From Candidatus Latescibacterota bacterium (GTDB taxonomy: Bacteria; Latescibacterota; UBA2968; GCA-2709665), in contig OZ241917.1 in assembly GCA_965203805.1 (NCBI GenBank), forward strand, positions 4,480,001 through 4,544,000: 64,000 nt of DNA. The letters run 5' to 3'. Of this stretch, positions 11,001-19,429 are shown in pieces. The position numbers and the translations under genes are program-made. A model generated the notes under the pieces. The model saw only the letters and a list, made by a program, of their open reading frames with translations. It was not told where the DNA came from and ran no database searches. Within the stretch, counting starts at the first letter, position 1. Each line of letters begins with the position of its first letter.

Positions 11001-11756
11001 AAGGCTGCCGACCTTCGCGGCGTGGGAGAGCCGGACATCCTGGCGGCGGTCACGGACCGGCAACTCCACTGTTTCGACGCGGACGGCAACAAGCGCTGGA
11101 ACTTCTTCATCTACGGAATTTTCGACCCGTTCTGCCTGGCGGACGTGAACGGGGACGGCCTTCCCGAGGTGGTCGGCGGCCCGGGCAGGATCTCCTGCGG
11201 GGGGACCTGCTACGTTCTGGATGCGAACGGTCGGGAGATCGCCAGCAACGGGCTGGACGGGTGGCCTTCCATGCTGCCGGGTTGCGACGTGTATCTGTAC
11301 GGCAGCGGCGACAATCTGATCGCGTGCGGAACGACCCGGTCGAAAGTCCACGCGCTAAGGCTGGAAGGATCGTCTCTGGCGCCTCTCTGGACGCGGGAAG
11401 TGGGCGAAGAGGTGCACGCGGTCGCGGCCTTTGACGTGGACGGCGACGGGAAGCCCGAGGTGGCGGCCGGTTCGGACTGTTTCTATCTCTACCTGTTCGA
11501 CGAAAACGGCACGGAGCGATGGCGCCGCAATCTGCAGGCCCCAGTGCGCCGGTTGTTCGCCGCCGACGTCAACCGGGATGGCGTGCCGGAGATCGTCGCG
11601 GGGTGTGTGGACGGTAGCGTGTGGGTCCTGGATGGCGACGGGAACACCCTGGCCGCTCACCGCACGGAGGCGAAGATCCACGCCCTGACGCCCCATGCCG
11701 AAGGCCGCCTCCTGCTGGGCTGTTCCGACGGGACGCTGTCGTTGCTGGGCGTGTAG
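8052..11756 (+). CDS. Large heparinase II/III-like protein with C-terminal FG-GAP/PQQ beta-propeller (paralog 2)
   Basis: ATG at 8052 after GGAGGAAGAA; QNHQ and NHGHDDGN (heparinase II/III-like) motifs; DVNGDG and DVDGDG repeats. Confidence 0.75.
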   Translation: MDTDNGPAGLKIDTLKPMHVKTVLAADGDANAKIVIGDHPAHERQAERIAERIEAATGARLPVVGAGDVSASRGRLDSHVVALGNMADNPFIRWLYYQWWAIEDLCYPGEGGYALRTLHNLLGNGKNVVLLGASDEDGLDLAASRFLSGVDNGETLRLGWLMDVVPGPAFESLKPPADGWLDERREDYIRQVSQPHASQAGAGHGMVTEAGRQGFAYHRTGYEVYAKALREAVDAHLKMGEHGVMAHFNVWWLAVIWDLIEESPVFTDADRLRITRYLLWLMDSHEGAYNRFFREGVGHRMVRQNHQTLVGLSSWFAGRYFATHYGMPEAEEWQAASADLFKGQAASFKPTEDANAYQWTTLDHLLTYTLASGDETYVENGNCRRSLDQAVLYCNNRGAMPPFGDSGGCQVPPPASFLVKAGHVLGDGRAEFLIRTRSDRVSLIHGFEKYFGDGLAPETPSDMAGVRVLEVAKGYYDFAADPKARPSEVKPLNLPREEAFDTLCFREGFDRDDQYLMLHGISYGNHGHDDGNTIVEFSANDRVFLVDASYTEGPTLKHHNGCTAVRNGEPWEVPALCRLEGLADLDRVGISRSSMEGEWGASWTRNVVWRKGRFFVIIDEIEATKAGTFALECNWRTLGTPSLDGDRLEAAQRDPDSGREDRFLLEGVGGDRVTMERDWEAFGHWWKDYPYSDDFVNILRQSVSREMAAGDRHTFINLFYATNDAKPLDVRMRRVGETAVLIEGSEGRMLVGTGGPDGAFAVGPVSGEADVYVIGEGWFALCGGRRLLGGETTLYESDGPASIELDLVSGAGVSDTAESVSATLCCQRRALAVGKHRLSVPTVDVDTPLDGIWDVPDWESGAGRRVRRASDAGFHSVWSHDFGSAVRCTAPRGSGAVVGTQDGRVIALGEDGEPKWTYHAGDAVLSVCAAGRDGDESAPVAVGANDRRLTFLEGDGVERWSNTFEIFRGGWAWYTRNSSVEVVKAADLRGVGEPDILAAVTDRQLHCFDADGNKRWNFFIYGIFDPFCLADVNGDGLPEVVGGPGRISCGGTCYVLDANGREIASNGLDGWPSMLPGCDVYLYGSGDNLIACGTTRSKVHALRLEGSSLAPLWTREVGEEVHAVAAFDVDGDGKPEVAAGSDCFYLYLFDENGTERWRRNLQAPVRRLFAADVNRDGVPEIVAGCVDGSVWVLDGDGNTLAAHRTEAKIHALTPHAEGRLLLGCSDGTLSLLGV

Positions 11757-11875
11757 TCAGTGGCGCGTCAACTGCAGGTATTCAGCAGTTCGAAGGTAGA
11801 TTTCTTCCGCGAGGTCTTACGGCAGCCTCACGCCCAGATCCATTCGGGTTAATCGCCCGGAAAAATCGAGATGAG

Positions 11876-12053
11876 TTATTTGCCACTTTCTTCAGGTGTC
11901 GTCCACGAAGCGGCGCTTGTCTTGATTACGTCTATCGCTCTATCCAGGACCACGTCCCGGCCGTTGTAGAATTGATCCCTGGTGGGACGGACGTCTATGT
12001 CTGGAAAAACGCCGATTCCTACGAATTCCCTCCTGTCGTGATAGGTATCACGT
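11876..12053 (-). pseudogene. 3' remnant of an S41 peptidase paralog
   Basis: Translates RDTYHDRREFVGIGVFPDIDVRPTRDQFYNGRDVVLDRAIDVIKTSAASWTTPEESGK*, colinear with the C-terminus of 16450..18285; in-frame TGA just upstream and no start codon. Confidence 0.85.
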
Positions 12054-12111
12054 GTCTCAGGAATTCAATCTCGGTGGTGTCAAAGCGCGATTGTTTACTT
12101 TGGTTGTTTCA

Positions 12112-14538
12112 TCATTCATAACGCAACGCCTCAACTGGATTGCTATAGGCAGCACGCGAAGCGTGGTAGAAAATCGTCGCCAGAGCAATGATCAAAGCAC
12201 TCCCTCCGCTCAGGAAGAAAATGTCCACGCCAAGATGCGTCCGATACGCGAAATTCTCCAACCATTGCTGCCACAGATAATAAGCAGTTGGAAGAGCAAC
12301 GAGAGTCGCAATGAACATAGGCCAGAGTAAATCTCGCACCAAAAGTACTACAATTTCGAGCGCTGATGATCCCAGCACTTTGCGAATCCCGATTTCTTTA
12401 GTTCGTTGTTCAGCGGTGAACGCAACCAATCCCAGAAGGCCCAGACATGCCACAAGGATGGAAATGAACGATAGCGCCCCCACCATCTTAGCAAAACGTC
12501 GTTCTGACTCGTACAGATAGTCGTGGCTCCACGTGGGTGACCAGTACCCAAATCTGCTTTCGTTGGGCCGAAACTCACGAAATATCTCCTCAATGTAGTT
12601 TAACATTGCGGGAAAATCGTTGGTCTTATAGCGCAGTGTAAGTGCTGTCATGTTTTCCACAGACATCGCCATTACAACAGGAGGCAACTCTTTGTGGAGA
12701 GATCGAATGTGGAAATCTTTTACAACACCGATCACGACACCTTGTCGCGTCCCGCACTTTAGTGACTTCCCAAGTGGATTCTCCCAACCTAAAATTTCCA
12801 GAACTGTTTCATTCACCACAAAAGCTGATGTCATATCGGTGGGAATATCCGCCGAGAAATACCGCCCCAATACCAGATCAATCTGGTAAGTTTCAATGAA
12901 ATCTTCGTCGACCAGCAAAATACTCATTTCTCTTTTTACATCTTCTTCACCCTCTGCATACACGCTCCACAGTCCACCTATCCAAGGGGGCACAGACGCC
13001 GATGCTGCCGCACTCAGAATGTCTGGGTGCTGTAGAAATGCATGTTTCACTGCGCGATATCTCTGTTTCAAGTCGCGAGAAAATACATTGAAAGTAATCA
13101 GATCCTGTTTAGTAAATCCGAGGTCTTTTTTCTGTATATAGTCCAGTTGCCTATAGATCGTAACCGTGCCAAAAAGGAAAAACACGGTGACTGCAAACTG
13201 TATAGTCACCAACGTTGTCCTCAACGACGCGCTACCGGTTTTCAAAACCCCATTCAACACATCCACAGCCTGAAAGGCAGACAGATAAAATGCTGGATAA
13301 CTGCCCGCCAGTACTCCTACAAAACCTGCAATCGCGCACAGTAATGCAACCTCCAAGGTGTTGGTACCATTCAGAAACGCCGATTGCTTGCCCATTATTT
13401 GGTTAAATGTCGGCAGGCTAAAGACCACAAATCCGATTGCCACAACATAGGCTATAGTTGTCAGAACAACAGACTCCCCCAAAAACTGCCACGTCAATTG
13501 AAGACGATGCGCTCCAACAACCTTTCGAATGCCAACTTCCCGAGCCCGGGTGCCAGACCGAGCAGTGACCAAATTCATGAAATTGATACAGCCAATCAGA
13601 AGAATCCCACCCGCCAACGCAGAAAGCAGATACACCTGCACGGCATCACCCCCACCTCGATATTCGCCTGCCCTGCTAATTGCGTAATCATATTGACTGT
13701 GAAGATGAATCCGTGTAAGTGGTTGCAGATGATAGGCGAAATCTGGCTCTTCCGTGCCGTCATAATTCCTCGTTACGAACTCATCCAACTTAGCTTTCAG
13801 GTGCTCTCGCGCATACCCTTCTGGCAATACAATATAAGTTTGTACCTGAAACTGGTCCTTTCGACTCGGCGGATTCCAGACTTCCTTCGCATCAGAGTTG
13901 GCTGGCTCCGCGGTGAGAAAATGAAACTGCAGGCTCGAATATTTCGGCAGATTTTTGAATACGCCTGCGACCTTATATTCGCCAGGAAATCGTCTTTCTG
14001 CGGTCATGACTTTTCCAATCGGGTTTTCACTGCCAAAATAGGTCTCCGCCATTTGTTCGCTGATCAAAACTGAATTTGGTTCCTGCAACGCAGTAGCACG
14101 ATTCCCCTTTAACAGAGTTAGATCGAAAACATCGAGAAATTGCTTGTCCGCCAGACAGAAGCCAAAATCGAACTTTTTTTCTCCATACCGCATCTGTGCA
14201 CCATCCCAAGTTTCATGATTCCAAATCCGAACAGCCTGTTCAATTTCTGGAAACGTCTCTATGAGTTCCCATGCCAGATGAGCCGATGTACGTGTACCAA
14301 ATCTGCGCGTGCCGTGCTGATCCCAAGTCTCCCGAATCACCCGGTAGATGCGATCTGATTTTTCATGAAATCGATCATAACGCACCTCTCCCCACACGTA
14401 GAAGGAAATCAACATGCAACAGCTCATGCCGACGGCGAGCCCCGCAACATTGATTGCTGAATAGCCCTTGTGCCGCAGCAAACTGCGGATGGCGACAGTG
14501 AAATAGTTCTTGAATATTGCGATTCTCCAACAGTTCAA
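12112..14538 (-). CDS. ABC transporter permease, duplicated MacB-periplasmic/FtsX type
   Basis: FKNYFTVAIRSLLRHKGYSAIN start, RAREVGIRKVVGA, EQRTKEIGIRKVLG and NPVEALRYE end. The true start may be ATA at 14517. Confidence 0.93.
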   Translation of the reverse strand: MNCWRIAIFKNYFTVAIRSLLRHKGYSAINVAGLAVGMSCCMLISFYVWGEVRYDRFHEKSDRIYRVIRETWDQHGTRRFGTRTSAHLAWELIETFPEIEQAVRIWNHETWDGAQMRYGEKKFDFGFCLADKQFLDVFDLTLLKGNRATALQEPNSVLISEQMAETYFGSENPIGKVMTAERRFPGEYKVAGVFKNLPKYSSLQFHFLTAEPANSDAKEVWNPPSRKDQFQVQTYIVLPEGYAREHLKAKLDEFVTRNYDGTEEPDFAYHLQPLTRIHLHSQYDYAISRAGEYRGGGDAVQVYLLSALAGGILLIGCINFMNLVTARSGTRAREVGIRKVVGAHRLQLTWQFLGESVVLTTIAYVVAIGFVVFSLPTFNQIMGKQSAFLNGTNTLEVALLCAIAGFVGVLAGSYPAFYLSAFQAVDVLNGVLKTGSASLRTTLVTIQFAVTVFFLFGTVTIYRQLDYIQKKDLGFTKQDLITFNVFSRDLKQRYRAVKHAFLQHPDILSAAASASVPPWIGGLWSVYAEGEEDVKREMSILLVDEDFIETYQIDLVLGRYFSADIPTDMTSAFVVNETVLEILGWENPLGKSLKCGTRQGVVIGVVKDFHIRSLHKELPPVVMAMSVENMTALTLRYKTNDFPAMLNYIEEIFREFRPNESRFGYWSPTWSHDYLYESERRFAKMVGALSFISILVACLGLLGLVAFTAEQRTKEIGIRKVLGSSALEIVVLLVRDLLWPMFIATLVALPTAYYLWQQWLENFAYRTHLGVDIFFLSGGSALIIALATIFYHASRAAYSNPVEALRYE

Positions 14539-14981
14539 GTTTGAGGGAACAAAAACCAGCAGTTTTCTTTGGGTAGCGGCGTGGATTCCGTCCTACACTA
14601 TGATCGACGACCTGAGGCTGGTTTCCTCGCTCTCGGTCTGATCGTCTGGATGGCTCGCTGCGAGATCCCTGATTGCCGATTCTGATTGAGACTAACCTAA
14701 CATTCGTAGTTGAACACGTCGAGCAGTGCCAATGCGGCGATCCACATTTTTCAGTCGATTACGGCTGAAATCCAGGTCGGAACCCCAACGCTGTCGTTCA
14801 CTTTGAGCAGGTCGCTGACGAAGTTCCGGGCACGGAACACGCCCTTGGTCCGTTTTTTCTTACGGATTCGTAGCCGGAAAGCGCGTATTCGTTAGTGATG
14901 GTTCCGAATCGACGCGTGGAATTAAGAAAATCCAACGGATTTCGATCCTCGAGGCTCCGTCAAATGCGGTCGATATTGTAC

Positions 14982-16133
14982 CTAATGCAAGTGACGAAGT
15001 CGAATATCGCGGAAGGCTGTTTTAGATTGCCACACGTTTAGCGCAATCGGACCCGACTGATAGCTGAATTCCGTCAACTGGTTGACCAGCCTGCCGTCAA
15101 TGTATGAGGTCAGGGATGCGTCCCTCGCGGCGATTTGGACGTCGTATTCCTGTCCCCGTTCGATGGGATAATTGACCACGCTCAGTTTTTTGAGTCCTTC
15201 GGGAGCGACTTTGCTAATTGCGATGGCCTGCCATCCCAAGAGGAAGTCGAGGACATACCAGTTCCGCTCGTCTTCGGACATTCGAAAGAATACTTGAGCG
15301 TTGCCGCCTGAAATGGGCGTGATGAGGAGAGACAGTTCGTAATTCTTCCAGGAGGAGTTCCCAATGATTAACGGAAAACCCTCGTCGCTAGAGTGAACAG
15401 CTTCGCCCACGATACCGTCGCCGGTGCGGGTCCAAACGTGATCAATGGTCGCTTTGCTCTGCTTCTGTGCGGGTCGCCACTCTGCCAATCCATCGCTCTC
15501 GATCAATTTCTGCCAGTGGATGACCCCTCTCATTCCGGCAACAACCTGCCGTCCGTAATCTTCCTGTCTATCTCGCTTGTCGAGTGTATCACATTCCATG
15601 CTTGAAAGCCTCCTTTTCAGTCTTTGGCGCGATCTATGTAACCGGCTCTTGACCGTTCCCACTGGTATGCCCACGGTGTTGGCAATTTGATCTTGAGGTA
15701 ATCCGACAAGATAATATAGCGTCGTAACGGTGCGGTCCCCCGCAGGAAGCAACTTGATGGCATCTCTTAGGGCCGACGTACGGTTTGGATGTATCCCCTT
15801 CTCAGTATGAGCAAGTTGTGAGTATTCCCGCATTCTGGATAGTCCCCGCGCTTCAAGGGTTCGCTTTCTGACCCACTTGCGGGCCACGTTACGTGCAATC
15901 GAATGAAGCCAGGACGGGAATTTTCCTGAATCATCAAGTTGGTCCAAATGCCGAAACGCGAGAATGAACGTCTCTTGCGCGGCATCAGCGGTGTCATCGG
16001 AATCTTGAAGCAGGCCGCAAATCGTACCGAACACTAATGACCGGTACCGGTTCACCAGGTCGGTAATTGCGGTTTCAACTCCGCGGCGGGCTTGAATGAC
16101 CAGGGTGTTGTCGCATGGCGACGGCGCATCCAT
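14982..16133 (-). CDS. ECF sigma-70 factor with C-terminal DUF1080-like beta-sandwich extension
   Basis: DAAQETFILAF, FPSWLHSIARN and GTVKSRLHRSR in the sigma part; the C-terminus has WKNYELSL and GPIALNVWQSKTAFRDIRL (DUF1080-like). Start chosen at ATG 16133; upstream 16184 is possible. Confidence 0.85.
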   Translation of the reverse strand: MDAPSPCDNTLVIQARRGVETAITDLVNRYRSLVFGTICGLLQDSDDTADAAQETFILAFRHLDQLDDSGKFPSWLHSIARNVARKWVRKRTLEARGLSRMREYSQLAHTEKGIHPNRTSALRDAIKLLPAGDRTVTTLYYLVGLPQDQIANTVGIPVGTVKSRLHRSRQRLKRRLSSMECDTLDKRDRQEDYGRQVVAGMRGVIHWQKLIESDGLAEWRPAQKQSKATIDHVWTRTGDGIVGEAVHSSDEGFPLIIGNSSWKNYELSLLITPISGGNAQVFFRMSEDERNWYVLDFLLGWQAIAISKVAPEGLKKLSVVNYPIERGQEYDVQIAARDASLTSYIDGRLVNQLTEFSYQSGPIALNVWQSKTAFRDIRLRHLH

Positions 16134-16162
16134 CGAAATGCCTCGATTCGTGGTTTCACCCT

Positions 16163-16190
16163 TTAGATCCCATTCCTGGTACAAGGTTCA
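16163..16190 (-). promoter_or_regulatory. Putative ECF (sigmaE-like) autoregulatory promoter
   Basis: Minus strand reads TGAACCT-N16-TCTAA directly upstream of the ECF gene. Confidence 0.55.
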
Positions 16191-16449
16191 CGGTTTTTCG
16201 CAACACACTTGCGGAACAGACGAATAAGCTGCATCGAGTTCGCTGTAGCGCATCATTGAGACGGGATAAATGGTCTGTAAGGGAGTGCAAGGGGGACCAT
16301 CAAACTAACCTGGCCACTGCGGTCGGCAGCTTCGCTGCTCTTTTGCGCAAGACGCCGATACCGCAGACTGAGATAGTGCTGGGGTTATCGGCGTCCATAG
16401 ACTCTCGCCAGACCCATTCCGGGCAATCGCTCGGAAAAATCAAATCGCG

Positions 16450-18285
16450 CTATTTGTCACTTTTCTCAGATTCTGACCAAGATACAGCGCTCGTCGTGAT
16501 TACGTCCATCGCTCTATCCAGGGCCACGTCCCGGCCGTTGTAGATATCCTCCCTGGTGGGACGGACCTCTATGTCCGGAATAACGCCGACTCCGACGAAT
16601 TCCCTCCCGTCCGGATAGGTATCGCGTTTGGTACAGATCCTGGCCGTGCCGCCCGGGAGCGAGACAAGAAGCGGTTGACCCGTGGTACCTGCCGTTTTCT
16701 CGCCGACCAGCGTGGCCCGCTTATTGTGATGTAGAGTGATCAGGAAGTCTTCCGCCGCACTGACCGTGCCCGGCCCGATCAATACGACGAGCGGACCGAG
16801 AAAGGGATGCGGCGTTCCGGGCTGGACGGGTTCGTGTGTCCCTTCGTACCACTTCTCTCCATAATCCCAGGCCCGAAATGAAGGCATGTATTGCCGTGTC
16901 TTCCACCGGGTTCCGGTCAGCGTTCTGTCGGTCAGATAGCCGATGATGGCCGACCCGTTGCGTGTATCGCCTCCCCCGTTATCCCTCACGTCAATGATGA
17001 GTCCCTTCGCCTTTTTTACCTTATGAAAGATGTCGTCGAACAATTCAACAACATCCCCGGAAGCAAACGTGCGGATTGCCAGGTACGCGATCCCCTGGGA
17101 AATTTCTCTAAATTCGAAGTTGGGAAGCTGGGTCCACGGTCTATCATCCCATTTTGAAAGTCGGATCAATGTCAAGTTCCGCGTGGCGCCATCGGATCCC
17201 CTGATGCGAATATTGACAGAACTGTTTCGAGGTCCCTCAAGGATTTTTCCATAGGCCTCCAGGTCCCGCCCCTGAGGTGTAGATGAGGAAACGTAGGGAT
17301 AGATTTCTTGTTCCAATTTCTTCTGCGCAGTGAGGCCATCAACGTGGGTAATCTCGTCGCCCCGTTTCAATTCCGATGTGCCAATCTCGCTGGATGTGCC
17401 AATGTCTACGATAACCGCCTTTCCATCGACTGGACGAATGAGCAATGGCGGACCGCCCGTCGCTGAGGTTGGGACTCGCGGCCAAACTCCTGTATGACCA
17501 TCATTGAGCCGGGCGATGCAGCGCTGCAACAATCGATAGTACTGACCATATGATTGCTCTTCCATCACTCTTGAAAGGTATTCTTCGAGTACCGTGTCCC
17601 AGTTGAGATCCGGGACCTGATCGAAGAACGCGAAGTTGTATTTCACTTCACTCCATAGGCGGACAAACCCCGTCACGCGTTCGTTGGCCGTGAGTTTCGG
17701 GATGGGCATGTGTTCCGTAGCGGTCAACACATTCCAGTTTCCCCTCTGCTGGTTAGCTATTCCGCCGATCTTCAGGTATTCTTCGTAAGCACGCCGGTTC
17801 TCGGCGGGATCGGTCTGGACGCGGAAGCGCATCGCAATCTTGCCGTCCTCGAGGTCATATCTGGCGACCGCCAGGCAGGGCGTGTAACGGAATTGGCGAA
17901 GGAAGCCCTTGGCTCTGGGAAAAAAAGAACCCCCGCCACCAATTTTCCCTTGATCAGACACAAAACGCAAGTCCACAAAGTCACCTGATATGCCCAGGGA
18001 ATCATTATCGGAGATCCAGCCTATGTAGATTTCCCGCAAACCGTAGGGATTATTACCGCACCTTAGTCGAGCTGCCTCGTTTTCTCCCAGGGCAATTTCG
18101 ATCCGCTCGCCCAGTTCGTATTGACGATCGACGACCGCAATGCGCCTTAAGTGATCAGCAAGCTTCCGGGAGGTTAGCCTACCTTGTATTCGGCCTGCCT
18201 TTGCGCCTCCATCAGCGTGAGCCTCTACTTGCACTGGATGCGCGAAGATTACGACGATTAGCAAAGCTGCACGAAACAGGTTCAT
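16450..18285 (-). CDS. S41 family peptidase (PDZ plus tail-specific protease domain), exported
   Basis: Signal peptide; LNDGHT, GLIIDVRDNGGG, TVSAAEDF, GEKTAGTTG and GVIPDI motifs. Confidence 0.93.
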   Translation of the reverse strand: MNLFRAALLIVVIFAHPVQVEAHADGGAKAGRIQGRLTSRKLADHLRRIAVVDRQYELGERIEIALGENEAARLRCGNNPYGLREIYIGWISDNDSLGISGDFVDLRFVSDQGKIGGGGSFFPRAKGFLRQFRYTPCLAVARYDLEDGKIAMRFRVQTDPAENRRAYEEYLKIGGIANQQRGNWNVLTATEHMPIPKLTANERVTGFVRLWSEVKYNFAFFDQVPDLNWDTVLEEYLSRVMEEQSYGQYYRLLQRCIARLNDGHTGVWPRVPTSATGGPPLLIRPVDGKAVIVDIGTSSEIGTSELKRGDEITHVDGLTAQKKLEQEIYPYVSSSTPQGRDLEAYGKILEGPRNSSVNIRIRGSDGATRNLTLIRLSKWDDRPWTQLPNFEFREISQGIAYLAIRTFASGDVVELFDDIFHKVKKAKGLIIDVRDNGGGDTRNGSAIIGYLTDRTLTGTRWKTRQYMPSFRAWDYGEKWYEGTHEPVQPGTPHPFLGPLVVLIGPGTVSAAEDFLITLHHNKRATLVGEKTAGTTGQPLLVSLPGGTARICTKRDTYPDGREFVGVGVIPDIEVRPTREDIYNGRDVALDRAMDVITTSAVSWSESEKSDK

Positions 18286-19235
18286 CTCAAACCTCCTTTG
18301 CCAGGCTGGAAGATGGCATCCCTGACGCGGACGAGATCGTCAGAGTCGGGTTCGTATAGCAATTCTTGCGTCATTAGATGCGACGGCGCATGCTCGGCTA
18401 CATATCCCCGGCATGGTGTTGTGTAGACGATCCCCTCGACGGAATCTATGAGTGTCTCGGCTTCCGTGTTGTCCATAAGCGCCACCGGGACGTCGCCCTT
18501 TACGTCCACATGTTCCCGGACCAGCGTCCGGTATCCCGGTTCGGACTCAGCATCCCGCAGGATCAGTCCGATCTTTAACCCGTTCAGCCTGCGTGCGCCT
18601 TCAAAAAATGACCTGGAGAGTTCGACGCTAACGCCTTGAATGCCTTTGACTCGCTGTTTCAGTCGCTGCTGAACTTCCGCAAGGTGCCAGTGAGTGGTCA
18701 GCACATAGTGCGTAGAGGATGGGAGCGAGTTCATATTCTCCTGTAGTCGATTCAGGTCTACTCCAACAACGTGGCGGCCCCATGCCTGACGGGTTGCAGC
18801 CGCAAAGTCGTCCGCCTGGTATTGACTGCATTCGATGAAGGCACACTTGGCGTAGCGTCGGTCGTGATCCACGGCAGCCTTTTCAAACGCAGAAACAAAC
18901 TGAACGCCATCGAATCCCCTGGCCTCTGCTTCTTTCACCATCCGAAGGGCGAGCGCGTCGGCCTGCGACGCGGATACTCGTCCATGAGAATGAAGGGTGC
19001 CAGCGGCAACCACGGCCTTCTTACCCTGCCGGATCGTCAGTGTTCCTTCGCTCTCCAGTTCCAGATAAGCTCGGCGAATGGTATTGCGGTTCACGCCGAG
19101 CTCCACTTCCAATACCCGAATGGAAGGCAGAGGATCTCCGGGGCGAAGCTCTCCCACAGAGATGGCATACAGGATCTGGTCTTTAATCTGAAGGTAGATG
19201 GATGTTCTGGAATCCTGATCCACTGAAAAACGCAT
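18282..19235 (-). CDS. GntR (YtrA-like) transcriptional regulator with extended C-terminal domain
   Basis: IYLQIKDQI...GELRPGDPLPSIRVL...VNRNTIRRAYLELE; ATG 19235 after GGAGGG; 4-nt overlap with the S41 gene. Confidence 0.9.
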   Translation of the reverse strand: MRFSVDQDSRTSIYLQIKDQILYAISVGELRPGDPLPSIRVLEVELGVNRNTIRRAYLELESEGTLTIRQGKKAVVAAGTLHSHGRVSASQADALALRMVKEAEARGFDGVQFVSAFEKAAVDHDRRYAKCAFIECSQYQADDFAAATRQAWGRHVVGVDLNRLQENMNSLPSSTHYVLTTHWHLAEVQQRLKQRVKGIQGVSVELSRSFFEGARRLNGLKIGLILRDAESEPGYRTLVREHVDVKGDVPVALMDNTEAETLIDSVEGIVYTTPCRGYVAEHAPSHLMTQELLYEPDSDDLVRVRDAIFQPGKGGLR

Positions 19236-19261
19236 ATTCCCTCCTGGACCAACTGTTATAA

Positions 19262-19301
19262 TGTTATATTTAAATATAACAGTAGGTATTCTTTTTGTCA
19301 A
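19262..19301 (-). promoter_or_regulatory. sigma70 promoter of gntR overlapped by a perfect 20-bp palindromic operator
   Basis: Minus strand TTGACA-N17-TATATT; palindrome TGTTATATTTAAATATAACA at 19262-19281. Confidence 0.75.
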
Positions 19302-19429
19302 TGTTATTTTTCGTTATCGTGTTATTTTACCCTATGTCCCGGCTACAACGAGCTTTGGTTTGCGTAACTGGCCAAACGGTCCTGCTGTACGAAAATTTAA
19401 TTTTACCCACGCCTTCTCAGGAGATACCC

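Noticed and set aside
14540-14980. Possible ncRNA or small gene in the intergenic gap
   Set aside because: No recognisable riboswitch, tRNA or strong structure by eye.
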